A stretch of DNA of 64,000 nt from Candidatus Acidiferrales bacterium (GCA_050746805.1 JBOGMW010000102.1:287-64286); one strand, 5' to 3'; positions 1-9,053 are shown, numbered from the stretch's first letter. Program-made: numbers and translations. Notes: generated from the sequence alone by a model not told the origin.

Positions 1-81
1 TTGTCCGACGAGGGCGCTTCGCAATGGCGCACTGATCCACGCGAAACCGAGCGCAACACCTGGGAAGACAAGCCCTAGCCG

Positions 82-1887
82 CTACGCCCACTTATCAATC
101 GACGCGCTCACCGTGTAGCTCAGCGTGCCTGCCTGGAAAAACGCATTGGTCTGTCCGCCGGCCACCACAATGTTGATGTCGTTCACGTGCGGCCATCGCG
201 GGATCATGGCGTCGTCCGGCATCTTGTACCAGGTAGCGTAAGGCTCCAGCCCCTTCAGCGCGCGCGGATAGTCGAATCCGACCGCGAAATCGCGGTTTTT
301 ATAATCCTTTACCGACTGGTTGGTGTTCTTGTACAGCCATTCGATCAGCTGTTCCTTCGTTTCGTACCCGCGCGACTTCAAATCCGTCGCGATGATCGGA
401 TCGGCCACCACCAGCGCGCCGAAAAATCCGGTGAACACGCTGAAGAGGTCGCAGAAGCATTCCTCGTGTTTCGGTACGGGAGCTTCCGTTCCTCTCGCGC
501 CTTGTCCCGGCACCATCCCCAGCCCGCGGAACAAGCTCACCACGTTCTCTTCCGCCTTGAATCCCTTCTGCACGTGCAGCGGCGTCCACGGACTAGCCTG
601 CTCGTTCTCCGCGATGATCAGGTTGTTGTAATTCAAATTGTTGCCCTGCGATCCCAGGTACGTGTCTCCGGGAATGCCGGCGTTCGCCAGGTTTTTCGAT
701 AGGACGGTCCATGCTCGCCCGATCGCCGCGTTCGCCTGCGCGAACGGTCCCATCGCCCCGATGCCGTAATTCATGTTCAGCTTGTCGCGGATCGGCCCGT
801 TGATCACCGCGCAGTATGCAAACGAGTTCGTCGAGCTCATCAGCGCCGGCGTTCCCGTCGAAGCGATTGCCAGCACCGTCGGCAAATATTCCGGGCGGCA
901 TCCCGCCATCACCGCGTTGATCGCCACCTGCCGCACGTTGTACGTCCAGCCCTCGTACGCCCCGCCCGCCATCTTGCCCACCAACTCGTCCGGCTGATGG
1001 CCGGTGCCTTTCAGCATCGCATCGACGCGCGCTTCGGTCGGCGCGATGATCGGCAGAAAATCCGTCATTCCATTGTTCAGATAAAGTTCCTGCAAGCCGT
1101 CGGCGGTCTCCGTATACGTCGCTGGCCCGATGTCCGGAGTGATCCTGCCGGTCTTCGTGTCCTCTGCGGTAAGCGGCCTCGTCAGCGCATCCACAATATC
1201 TTTCATCAACGGTTTTCCCGTTACCGGGTCCGGCCCCTCCACGTACGCCCACAATTGCGCCGCCGTTTTCCCCGCCACCGGATGCGGCGTGAACACGATG
1301 CGAATGTGCGGCATGCCGCGTTTGGCGGCGTTCAGGGTCGCCAGTTGCACGAACGCCTCTGTAACCAGCGGAACGGTGGGAATTCCCAGCTTCTCAACCG
1401 TTATGCAGTGACCGACGGTCGCTGGCGTGCACGTGCTTCAATGTCCGATCGCCATAATCGCGGCATTTCCATGTGCTTTGATCTCCTGCCACAGCGGCGG
1501 ATCGTCCTCGAAATAGACGCCCGCCTTGCGCCGGTACACCGTCTTCACCGTGGGCATATTTTTCTGGAACCAGATCTGCATCTCTTTCAGCAGGATATCG
1601 CCGCCTTGGAATCCCGTGTCCACCAGGTAGATGGTCTTTCCATCGAGCGTCGAAAGCCGCGGCGCCATCGGAAACAGTTGAATCGCAGGCGGCGTGCCCT
1701 TCGGATTCATCCCGGTCAATTTCACCTGTGAACTGTCGCAGCCTTCAGCCGCGCCATTTGCGCCGCCATTGAGAGCCCCCGCGGCGCCACGTGCGCCGCC
1801 ATCGCGCAGCGTCCGCGCGTCAACCTTCGCGCCCGCCAGCAGCGCCGGTGAAATCCCCAGCAACGACAACATCTTTCGCCGATTCAT
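82..1887 (-). CDS. Exported (Tat-like signal) thiol-redox protein with in-frame UGA in a U-x-x-C motif; candidate selenoprotein (UGSC-family-like)
   Basis: Track ORFs 1438..1887 and 82..1350 are in the same frame. The only stop between them is TGA 1438..1440. My translation across it reads ...HGNAAIMAIGH-U-STCTPATVGHCITVEKLGIPTVPLVTEAFVQLATLNAAKRG... The N-terminus MNRRKMLSLLGISPALLAGA is twin-arginine-like. A hairpin lies 13 nt 3' of the UGA. Confidence 0.6.
1406..1424 (-). promoter_or_regulatory. SECIS-like stem-loop downstream of UGA 1438..1440
   Basis: Minus-strand RNA CAGCGACC-GUC-GGUCACUG forms 3 bp, a C/A mismatch and 4 bp, with a GUC apical loop. It starts 13 nt after the UGA. Confidence 0.4.
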
Positions 1888-2157
1888 GCCTGTACCTCCA
1901 TGCCGCCAATCTGGCCGCCACTATACCCCCGCCCCGTAGCAGGCGCAATCGCGCCGCATGTTCGCGCGCGGCGATGTAAGGTCTAAACGTAGCGCCGGGT
2001 TCTTTAGCCCGGCAGCATTTCTCCGCGCCCGAGGATAAACGGAAAAGATCAAGACCGCCGCACTCCTTTCAGAACACCCGGCTCAGTTGCCGAATAGGGT
2101 ACATGCGATATCTGCGCGGGGTTGCTGTGCGCGCCCCGGTGCGACACACTGGGGGCC

Positions 2158-2427
2158 ATGTTCAACCGATCCGTTGACCTAACGTGTGAACAAAATGAGC
2201 GTGAGGCACTGCGCCAAAGGCTCATAGACTTTGGCAATTTGAAACTAATGGGCCGCGCAGACGAAATTGGCGACGTTAAGTTCGTCTCGTCTGATCCAGA
2301 CATTCGTAAACTGCTGGACGGGAGCACCGCACCGCTGGACAACCCACAGCCCGCCGATTCACACATCCTCCTCTTGCTTCAATCCCTGCGTGCCGACGGA
2401 TGGAGCTTCAACAGCGCACAGGACTAA
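2158..2427 (+). CDS. hypothetical protein (orphan, AT-richer islet)
   Basis: ORF 2122..2427 with an internal ATG at 2158 (MFNRSVDLTCEQNEREALRQRLIDFGNLKL...). No recognisable domain. Confidence 0.3.
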   Translation: MFNRSVDLTCEQNEREALRQRLIDFGNLKLMGRADEIGDVKFVSSDPDIRKLLDGSTAPLDNPQPADSHILLLLQSLRADGWSFNSAQD

Positions 2428-2542
2428 TCCGCCACTGTTGTCTAACCAGCAGGAGTACCATTGCCACGGTTTACACACCGATACAAAGTCCATAGAGGCG
2501 CTGACACAGAAAGCGAATAAAGCTGCGTCGAGGGTATACACG

Positions 2543-2794
2543 ATGCTCCTTCAGATCTTCGCCTTGAAGAAGCTGTTAAACGCAGCGCAAGGGGTAGCTG
2601 AGGAACAAACTCGGCCTGACATACCTAAATGTCCGACTTGCAAAAACAACCATTTCGTCAAACGCGAGCGGTGGAATTTCATATGCGCAAGCCCGACGCA
2701 CAAGCCATTGAACTTTGAGGCCGCAGACTGGGACGACCCCGATGCTAAAGCGGCAATCGAACTTCTTGAAAAAGCTAAACAGCAATGGGAGTGA
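2543..2794 (+). CDS. hypothetical small protein with CPTC motif
   Basis: 3' part of ORF 2267..2794 from ATG 2543 (MLLQIFALKKLLNAAQGVAEEQTRPDIPKCPTCKNNHFVKRERWNFICASPTHKPLNFEAADWDDPDAKAAIELLEKAKQQWE). The composition is protein-like. No family recognised. Confidence 0.35.
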   Translation: MLLQIFALKKLLNAAQGVAEEQTRPDIPKCPTCKNNHFVKRERWNFICASPTHKPLNFEAADWDDPDAKAAIELLEKAKQQWE

Positions 2795-2975
2795 GCCGAC
2801 TGGCTGGGGTTTCTGTAGCGGTTCCGCTCCAAAGGAACGGCAAATTTTCTCCGTCGGTCCGGCATCCTTAGGCGCCCCCTTCCAATATCGAAGCGTGCAA
2901 CGGCCGAAATGGCGTTAACGGCGCAAGATCGGTTTTGTGCTAGTGTTTTACAAGGACACTCAAAAGGTGCGCTGT

Positions 2976-3527
2976 ATGCTTTGTCCCAAATGCGGAAAAG
3001 AACTTGCCGATGACTCGCGGTTCTGCACGCAGTGTGGTCAGGCCGTGACGTTGTCACAGCCACTTGATCCACGGAGAAGCCCATGGAAGCGGGGTGACCT
3101 GTGTACACGAGGCTTCAAAGCGGTCGGTTTTGTGCTCGCTCACACGCCAGAATATCTGGAAATCCGTTGGGGTCAGGGCATCGGTACCGAAAAAATTCCG
3201 GCTCATCAGATTGATGACATTTGGAGGCTTGCGCACGCGGGCGCACTCTCTACTGCTGACGATCAAAAGACAAATTTGGAAGTGTTGGAGGCGCTTCTGT
3301 CTCTTGAAAAAATAAGAGACGCTATGGCCAGCAAGACCTTCAAGAACGAACGAGAGAAACTTGAAACGAACAAGTTACTCAGCAGGGCTTTTGGAGAAGA
3401 GAAGTGCGATTGGGATGTGAAGAATGGACATCGGCTTTTCCGATTGGCTGTGAACCCCGAATCAGTCGGCGTCATTTTCAAAATTCGAGAACGGATCCAC
3501 CGGGTCTTTCGCAATCGGAGCCACTGA
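2976..3527 (+). CDS. zinc-ribbon domain protein
   Basis: MLCPKCGKELADDSRFCTQCGQAV at the N-terminus (CxxC-N10-CxxC zinc ribbon). The rest is unrecognised. A strong hairpin with U-tract lies 120 nt downstream. Confidence 0.5.
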   Translation: MLCPKCGKELADDSRFCTQCGQAVTLSQPLDPRRSPWKRGDLCTRGFKAVGFVLAHTPEYLEIRWGQGIGTEKIPAHQIDDIWRLAHAGALSTADDQKTNLEVLEALLSLEKIRDAMASKTFKNEREKLETNKLLSRAFGEEKCDWDVKNGHRLFRLAVNPESVGVIFKIRERIHRVFRNRSH

Positions 3528-3649
3528 AAAACGTCGAACGTTCGTGCCTTTTTTATCGGCGGGTGGCGAACCCATCGCGGTCGAAGCCGAGCGCGGCGAT
3601 ACCGCACAACACGCCAGCAACATCGCCTGCGTAAAATCGTCTGAGGGTA

Positions 3650-3690
3650 CCGCATCCTTCGCGGCCTTTGCGAAGGGTGCGGATTTTCGC
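3650..3690 (+). terminator. intrinsic terminator-like hairpin
   Basis: CCGCATCCTTCGC-GGCCTTT-GCGAAGGGTGCGG gives a 13-bp stem with one G.U pair, followed by ATTTTCGC. Confidence 0.5.
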
Positions 3691-3715
3691 TTCGTGGGAA
3701 CGACTCGGTTCTCCG

Positions 3716-3816
3716 CTAGATTCCCAAGGCGAAAAAGTTCGTACAACGCCACATTGAACCTCGGCGCCACACCCATTCACCGTCGCTCGTTTTTTGTTTG
3801 CTTGCGTGAAGGGCGG
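3716..3816. repeat. about 100-nt non-coding repeat, copy A
   Basis: CTAGATTCCCAAGGCGAAAAAGTTCGTACAACGCCACATTGAACCTCGGCGCCACACCCATTCACCGTCGCTCGTTTTTTGTTTGCTTGCGTGAAGGGCGG aligns by eye at roughly 75-80 percent identity with 4149..4253. Confidence 0.5.
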
Positions 3817-3869
3817 GTGGCAATCTCTTGTCCGCGATGCGACGGGTGATTTGGAAGGGATAAAACAAC

Positions 3870-4004
3870 ATGAACAACGTCACGTACCAAATACTGAGCA
3901 CTCTCGCGATTCTCGGCCTCGGATTTATATTCATCGGCATGCCAATATGGGGCATCGTGGCGTTGTGCCAGAGCCGCAAAAGACGACCCACAGAACAGAG
4001 CTGA
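3870..4004 (+). CDS. 44-aa small membrane protein (below ORF-track cutoff)
   Basis: MNNVTYQILSTLAILGLGFIFIGMPIWGIVALCQSRKRRPTEQS has one hydrophobic helix and a basic tail. GGAAGGGA lies 9 nt upstream of the ATG. A terminator-like hairpin lies 22 nt downstream. Confidence 0.4.
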   Translation: MNNVTYQILSTLAILGLGFIFIGMPIWGIVALCQSRKRRPTEQS

Positions 4005-4025
4005 CGGCCCGCGGCACGCCGCGCA

Positions 4026-4063
4026 GCCGCCCGAGCTTGCCTTGGGTGCAAGGGCGGCCTTTT
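4026..4063 (+). terminator. intrinsic terminator-like hairpin
   Basis: GCCGCCC...TTGC-CTTGGGT-GCAA-GGGCGGC followed by CTTTT. Confidence 0.45.
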
Positions 4064-4093
4064 GACCTCGCCGGAAAGAGGCGCGTCACCTTT

Positions 4094-4120
4094 CTACCTT
4101 TCGCGCTGCTTCACCCGCGC
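4094..4120. repeat. 27-nt repeat, copy 1
   Basis: CTACCTTTCGCGCTGCTTCACCCGCGC matches 4413..4439 (CTACCTTTCGCGCCGGTTCACCCGCGC) at 24/27 positions. Confidence 0.6.
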
Positions 4121-4148
4121 AAAGTCTTCAATTCCTTTCCACCTGGCA

Positions 4149-4253
4149 CTAAATTCCCAAAACGGGAAGTTGGTACTGCCGCCAGATTGAACCTCGACGC
4201 TACCCCATGCCCATGCTACCGCTGCTTGTTTTTAGTTGCTTGCGCGAAGCGGC
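4149..4253. repeat. about 100-nt non-coding repeat, copy B
   Basis: CTAAATTCCCAAAACGGGAAGTTGGTACTGCCGCCAGATTGAACCTCGACGCTACCCCATGCCCATGCTACCGCTGCTTGTTTTTAGTTGCTTGCGCGAAGCGGC is the homologue of 3716..3816. Confidence 0.5.
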
Positions 4254-4412
4254 TGAGCGCAGTCAGGCAAAGCTGGACAGAACAGGAGGCGGGAACGCGA
4301 TGAACGCGACGACGAGCGCAACTGCACCAGCGCCGAGCCCGTCCCGCGCCCGCGAGGCTAGGGTGACAGGGCGAAGCTTCAGCCCTGCCGAAAACCCGCC
4401 TCCCACCAGGCT

Positions 4413-4439
4413 CTACCTTTCGCGCCGGTTCACCCGCGC
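4413..4439. repeat. 27-nt repeat, copy 2
   Basis: See 4094..4120. Confidence 0.6.
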
Positions 4440-4459
4440 GACGCGCCTGGTTTCTGCCT

Positions 4460-4494
4460 TCACCAGTCACCACTCACCAGTCACCAATCACTCT
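4460..4494. repeat. heptanucleotide tandem repeat (5 units)
   Basis: TCACCAG TCACCAC TCACCAG TCACCAA TCACTCT. Confidence 0.8.
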
Positions 4495-4746
4495 TTGCGA
4501 CCGGAACAGTCAATCGAGTCGAAGCACACGTAAGTCGCAGAAAACAAACGGCCGGACACCCGTCCACCCGGAACGTCCCGCATCAAGAACCTCTCGGACT
4601 TTTCGCCGTTTCCGCCGCGTCAATCGGGTATAGAATCGTCGTTCCTAGCCACTCATATGCGCCGGATGTTTCGCGCTCAAATTTCGAGCGTGCCGGCGCT
4701 CAAATGTCCGCCACAAATCGAATTTGCGGTCTAAGGAATTTTTCAG

Positions 4747-6735
4747 GTGCAATCGAACATCAGACGTTGGTCCGCCATCTTTTCTTCACGGCCCCTTGCC
4801 GGAGCCACTGGCCTTTTGCTAACCCTCCTTGCCGTCTCGCCGGCGCTCGCCGCGCCGCCTTCGAAGTCTTTGTCGCCTTCCACTCCTTCCTCGAATATCT
4901 CGAGCGTCAGCGTACCTCCCGAGCAGCTCATCCAATATCTCAACCAGTCCATCGACCTCTATCACCAGACCGCCATTCAGCAGCACATCGCCACTGAACC
5001 TCAGGAACAACTGCTCCTCTACGACAATCGCCAACTGGCCGATCAATCCGTCCAGCTAGCTTTCCAGTTCGCGCGCGCTCAATTGGACGTCATGTCCGCC
5101 GAGCCCGCGTCCTCTCTGGTCGCCAAAGCTTCCGCTGGTTCGCCGCAGTACAACTCGCTGCGGCAAATGCTTGCGTCCATCGAAAAAAATCTTCAGGAAA
5201 CCCAAGACGAATCCGACGCCGACACCCAGAAACTCGCTACCGTTACCGGCGCCAAACGCGCCCAGTTGAAATCCACAATTGCAGAGTTGCAGGGCGAAAT
5301 TGCCCTGGCTCGGGCCCGCCGCGACGCTGTTCGCAACATGCTCGAATTCGTCGGGAGTTCCGCCAACAATGCGCTCAGCGCCAGCGGACTTCGTGCGCAA
5401 ATCGACGCTCTCGCTTCGTCCGTTCCCTCAGCCAGCTCCGCATCGGTTGCTTCCGGCAAGGCACGTTCCACCGAGCCTTTCTCCCTCACCGATGGCAAGA
5501 GCGCGCCCTCCAATATCTGGGATCTCTTCGCCGATCTTTTTGGCCTTTCTTCCAAGCTGCGCACCGTAAACTCCATGCTCGCGGATACCAACGCGCTGCT
5601 GAAAACTTCCGATAGCCTTCGTGCACCTTTCCTCGCGCGGTTGCGCGATCTTTCGAAGCAGGGAGACACGCTCGCCGCCCAGGCGGACACCGCCGACCTT
5701 TCGCATCTCGCGCAGGAGCGCCAGCAGCTCGATGCCATCGCCGCTCAATTCAGGCAGTTAGCCACAGGCGTTATTCCTCTCAGCAAGCAGCGCGTCTTGT
5801 TGGGCCTTTACCAGAAAAATCTCGTCAGTTGGCGCGATACCGTCTACGGACGTTATAAATCGGATGCGCGCAGTCTCGGTATTCGCCTGGGCGCGTTGGC
5901 CGTTGTCTTCGCGATTGTTTGGGGGCTCTCCGAACTTTGGCGCCGCGCCGTCTACCGCTATGTCCGCGAGCCGCGCCGCCGCCATCAATTCCTGCTGATT
6001 CGTAAGCTCACCTTCTGGTTTGTCGTTGCCGTGATCGTGATTCTCACCTTCGCCAGTAAGCTCGGCTCGTTCGTCACTTTTGCTGGTTTGCTGACCGCCG
6101 GTCTCGCCGTTGCCCTCCAGAACGTGCTCGTTTCCGTGGTCGGCTATTTCTTCTTGATCGGTAAGTTCGGAATCCGTGTGGGCGATCGCATCCAAGTCAG
6201 CGGCGTCCACGGGGAAGTGATCGAGATCGGCCTGGTGCGTTTTCATCTGATGGAACTCGGCGACGGTGCCACGCCCACCGGCCGCGTCGTCGCCTTCTCG
6301 AACTCCATCGTGTTCCAGCCCACTGCGGGACTTTTCAAGCAGATCCCCGGCGCCTCGTTCGCTTGGCATCAGGTGACGCTCACCGTCCCGCGCAGCGCCG
6401 ATTTCGGCGCCATCAAAAAGAATCTCCTCGGTGCCGTCGAGGATGTCCTCCGCGATTACCACACCGATATCGAAACCGTTTATCACCACATGGAGAAAAC
6501 GGGAATCGTGATGTCCGATCGAGGCCTGCGTCCCAAGCTGGAGCTGCATCTCACGCCTGCGGGTATCGACGCCACCATCCGCTATCCCGTCGATCTCCAG
6601 CACGCCTCCGATATCGACGCGCGCGTCTCCCGTGAACTTCTCAACGCCCTCGAACGCGACACCAAGCTCCAAACTCCCGAAGGCCCCGCCATCCACCTAA
6701 AAACTGACGTCCCCGCCGTCACCCCCTCCGGCTAA
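4747..6735 (+). CDS. mechanosensitive ion channel, MscS family (MscK-like, long N-terminal coiled-coil domain)
   Basis: 662 aa. It has a signal-like N-terminus, a Q/L/A-rich coiled region and TM helices. The MscS core reads LTAGLAVALQNVLVSVVGYFFLIGKFGIRVGDRIQVSGVHGEVIEIGLVRFHLME. Confidence 0.85.
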   Translation: MQSNIRRWSAIFSSRPLAGATGLLLTLLAVSPALAAPPSKSLSPSTPSSNISSVSVPPEQLIQYLNQSIDLYHQTAIQQHIATEPQEQLLLYDNRQLADQSVQLAFQFARAQLDVMSAEPASSLVAKASAGSPQYNSLRQMLASIEKNLQETQDESDADTQKLATVTGAKRAQLKSTIAELQGEIALARARRDAVRNMLEFVGSSANNALSASGLRAQIDALASSVPSASSASVASGKARSTEPFSLTDGKSAPSNIWDLFADLFGLSSKLRTVNSMLADTNALLKTSDSLRAPFLARLRDLSKQGDTLAAQADTADLSHLAQERQQLDAIAAQFRQLATGVIPLSKQRVLLGLYQKNLVSWRDTVYGRYKSDARSLGIRLGALAVVFAIVWGLSELWRRAVYRYVREPRRRHQFLLIRKLTFWFVVAVIVILTFASKLGSFVTFAGLLTAGLAVALQNVLVSVVGYFFLIGKFGIRVGDRIQVSGVHGEVIEIGLVRFHLMELGDGATPTGRVVAFSNSIVFQPTAGLFKQIPGASFAWHQVTLTVPRSADFGAIKKNLLGAVEDVLRDYHTDIETVYHHMEKTGIVMSDRGLRPKLELHLTPAGIDATIRYPVDLQHASDIDARVSRELLNALERDTKLQTPEGPAIHLKTDVPAVTPSG

Positions 6736-6835
6736 TCCGTCAGTTCGCCGAAGGCGGCTCAACGTGGTCGATCACGAGGCGGCCATGTGCCCTAGCCTTT
6801 CCCGGCGAAGATTCCTGGCCGCCACGCGGTTCTCC

Positions 6836-8612
6836 TCAGTTTCCGCTTGGCCGTTCGACGTGCTCGATGACGAGGACATCCACGGGAGCTTTTGCCGATA
6901 CGATGTTCAGCCCGAGTTGCTTGCGTAGAGCAACGAGAAACGGTGCGTTTGAGGGGTCGGCGGGCTTTGGCATTCCGGGAGATCTCGGCGTCCAATGCAA
7001 CTTGAAGCTGTAGCGGCCATGAAGGCCGGTCTGGTCCACGAGCGGCCGGCTGCTTCCCCCCGGGAGAAGCTCAACGATCCCAAGGAAGTCATTCAAAGAG
7101 CAGGACTTCATGTAGAACCCGCGCTTTCGCGGACCGTACCCTGGAGGTCCAGTTATTCGGCAAGGCCGGTTACCGGTCTTATCTTCGGTGATCTTCGGGC
7201 CATTTTTAGTCAAAACCAGCTCAAAGATGGGAAGCACCTTGGTCTCGTGCTTTACTCGCAGCTTGAACCGATTGATCAGCAGAGAGCGAAGCATCAGCAT
7301 GGCTTGATCTGATCGTTCATAAAGCGAGAGATTCTTCCATTTGCCATTGACGATGGAATCGCTCACCTTGGCGTTGATCTGGTAGAAATCGGTCCTTATC
7401 CACGACGGACCTCCCAATACCTGGGTCGGGCTCAGCGGCCTTACGTGCGGCTGGCCGTACGCATCCATAATTAACGCCGCCACGATCGTGCTCGCACTGA
7501 AATTGCCACGAGATAGTCGAACGCCCGCGAGCGGCATGCCTGGCAGGAGATTGCCTGCCACCAGCGGTGTTTGTAGCTGATCCGGTTTGATTGACGCGGT
7601 CTCAAACGAAGGCAATCGCGCGTTGCCCGCTTCTGCGCCCTGGGTTCCACCTTGTGATGCAAAACCCGTCATGCCCAAGGCAAGCGGTACCGCAATTGCC
7701 ACAGCCGCAGCCCCGCCCAGCAGCAATTTTCTCCCCGGTGTCAGCCTCTGGCCGATGTGCCGGGCCATGATGTGAACGATCCGCCTCTTCAGGTCTGAGC
7801 CGATGATTCCCGATACGCAAACAACCGGCGATTTGACGCAGTGCTTGCAGACATTGAGAATCGCGTCGGCGTACTCGCGCGGCTCTCTGCCCTGCGCCAG
7901 CACGGATTCATCGCAGGCACGCTCACGTTCTTCGACCAGCCTCGCTCCAATCCACCAGACCAGCGGATAGAACCAGAAGACCGCTTCAACGATCATGTGG
8001 ATCGCCGCCGTCAAGTTATCGCGTATTCGAATATGGCTTAGCTCATGCGCGAGAATCGCCTCTAGTTGAGGGCGCTCAAGGGTCTTGAAGATGCCTTCAG
8101 GCAAGAGCACTGTTGGCCGAAAGAATCCGATCACGCCGGGTTCGAGCAGTCCGGGAGAAGAGCGAACGGCAAGCGTTGCTGGAATGTCGATCGGCGTGCT
8201 GGCGCGGAGAGGAGCACGAACGCGGAGCCAGTCGCGCAGGCGCATCAAGGCGACGGCCGCAAATCCACATGCCCAAACGGCGAGAACCACGACCGTAACC
8301 CAATCGATTGCGTGCCTCGCTGCGGGCGCTAGAGTGATCGTGTCTGGGGAATGGCTGAGTGATCCGCACAATCGTGTCTGAGACAGCCGGCGAGGCGATC
8401 TCCGAGGCAATGTTCCCGGCTGCCAGCGAACCCCACAAGTGGTGACCGAGGCTCACCAACAGCGAAAATGGAATTAGGAACTTGACCGAGGCGCTAAGCC
8501 AAAGCCAGTAGCGAACCTGGGCTCGATTTTTGCGGAAGGCCAGCGTCAATAGGCCCACTGCAACCACAAACACCGTTGATTGCCACAAATGGTTCACCAC
8601 TTCAGCGATCAT
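6836..8612 (-). pseudogene. BlaR1/MecR1-type M56 peptidase sensor fused to a TIGR03435-like C-terminal domain, interrupted by a frameshift
   Basis: The N-terminus (MIAEVVNHLWQSTVF...SPAVSDTIVRITQPFP) is in the frame of ORF 8097..8612. The rest is in the frame of ORF 6836..8410 (DTITLAPAARHAIDW..., HELSHIRIRDN HExxH, C-terminal FETASIKP...LVDQTGLHGRYSF...). Removing one C from the CCCC run (plus-strand GGGG 8346..8349) joins the two frames. Confidence 0.75.
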
Positions 8613-9009
8613 TTCGGCTTACGCGTCCTTTCTGCTTGTGTTCGAGCTCAAGCTTCTTGATCGTCTTCTCCAACTCTCGAACGTCATCGAGTGTAAGCTT
8701 TCCGGCTTGGGCCAGTTCGGCCATCATGGGCTGAGCTCGCCCCCCAAAGAAACTCAAAATCTCGTCGAGCAACCGGTGGCGCGCGACGTCCCTCGGCACG
8801 ATCGGCTCAAAAATATGCGCGTTGCTGATCTTCCGTACTCGGCGAACCGCTTTCTTACCCTCCAACCTGTACACGGTGGTCTGGACGGTGGTGTAAGCAG
8901 GGCGAGGTTCCGGAAACGACTCCTGGATCTCGCGAATGGATGCCCTCCCATTCGTCCACAGGGCCTCCAGGATTTGGAGTTCGAGCTTGGTTAGTTTCTG
9001 GCGGGCCAT
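8602..9009 (-). CDS. BlaI/MecI/CopY-family transcriptional repressor
   Basis: MARQKLTKLELQILEALWTNGRASIREIQESFPEPRPAYTTVQTTVYRLEGKKAV is a winged-helix penicillinase-repressor fold. It overlaps the blaR1-like start by 11 nt. Confidence 0.9.
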   Translation of the reverse strand: MARQKLTKLELQILEALWTNGRASIREIQESFPEPRPAYTTVQTTVYRLEGKKAVRRVRKISNAHIFEPIVPRDVARHRLLDEILSFFGGRAQPMMAELAQAGKLTLDDVRELEKTIKKLELEHKQKGRVSRNDR

Positions 9010-9036
9010 GGGCCTCCTACTATGTCGCGTCTAAAT

Positions 9037-9053
9037 CTACTATACTGTAGTAG
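9037..9053. promoter_or_regulatory. candidate BlaI operator (inverted repeat)
   Basis: CTACTA-TACTG-TAGTAG lies 28 nt upstream of the blaI-like start and contains TAC/GTA half-sites. A related CTACTATG occurs at 9017..9024. Confidence 0.4.

Noticed and set aside
1-78. Open frame running off the 5' edge on the plus strand (...LSDEGASQWRTDPRETERNTWEDKP-stop).
   Set aside because: Only 25 codons are visible, which is too short to support a call.
4297-4533. 78-aa ORF with a GGAGG SD after repeat copy B (MNATTSATAPAPSPSRAREARVTGRSF...).
   Set aside because: It has a low-complexity A/P/S/R-rich sequence. It contains the 27-nt repeat and the heptamer repeat inside it, and no terminator follows. 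It is likely non-coding.
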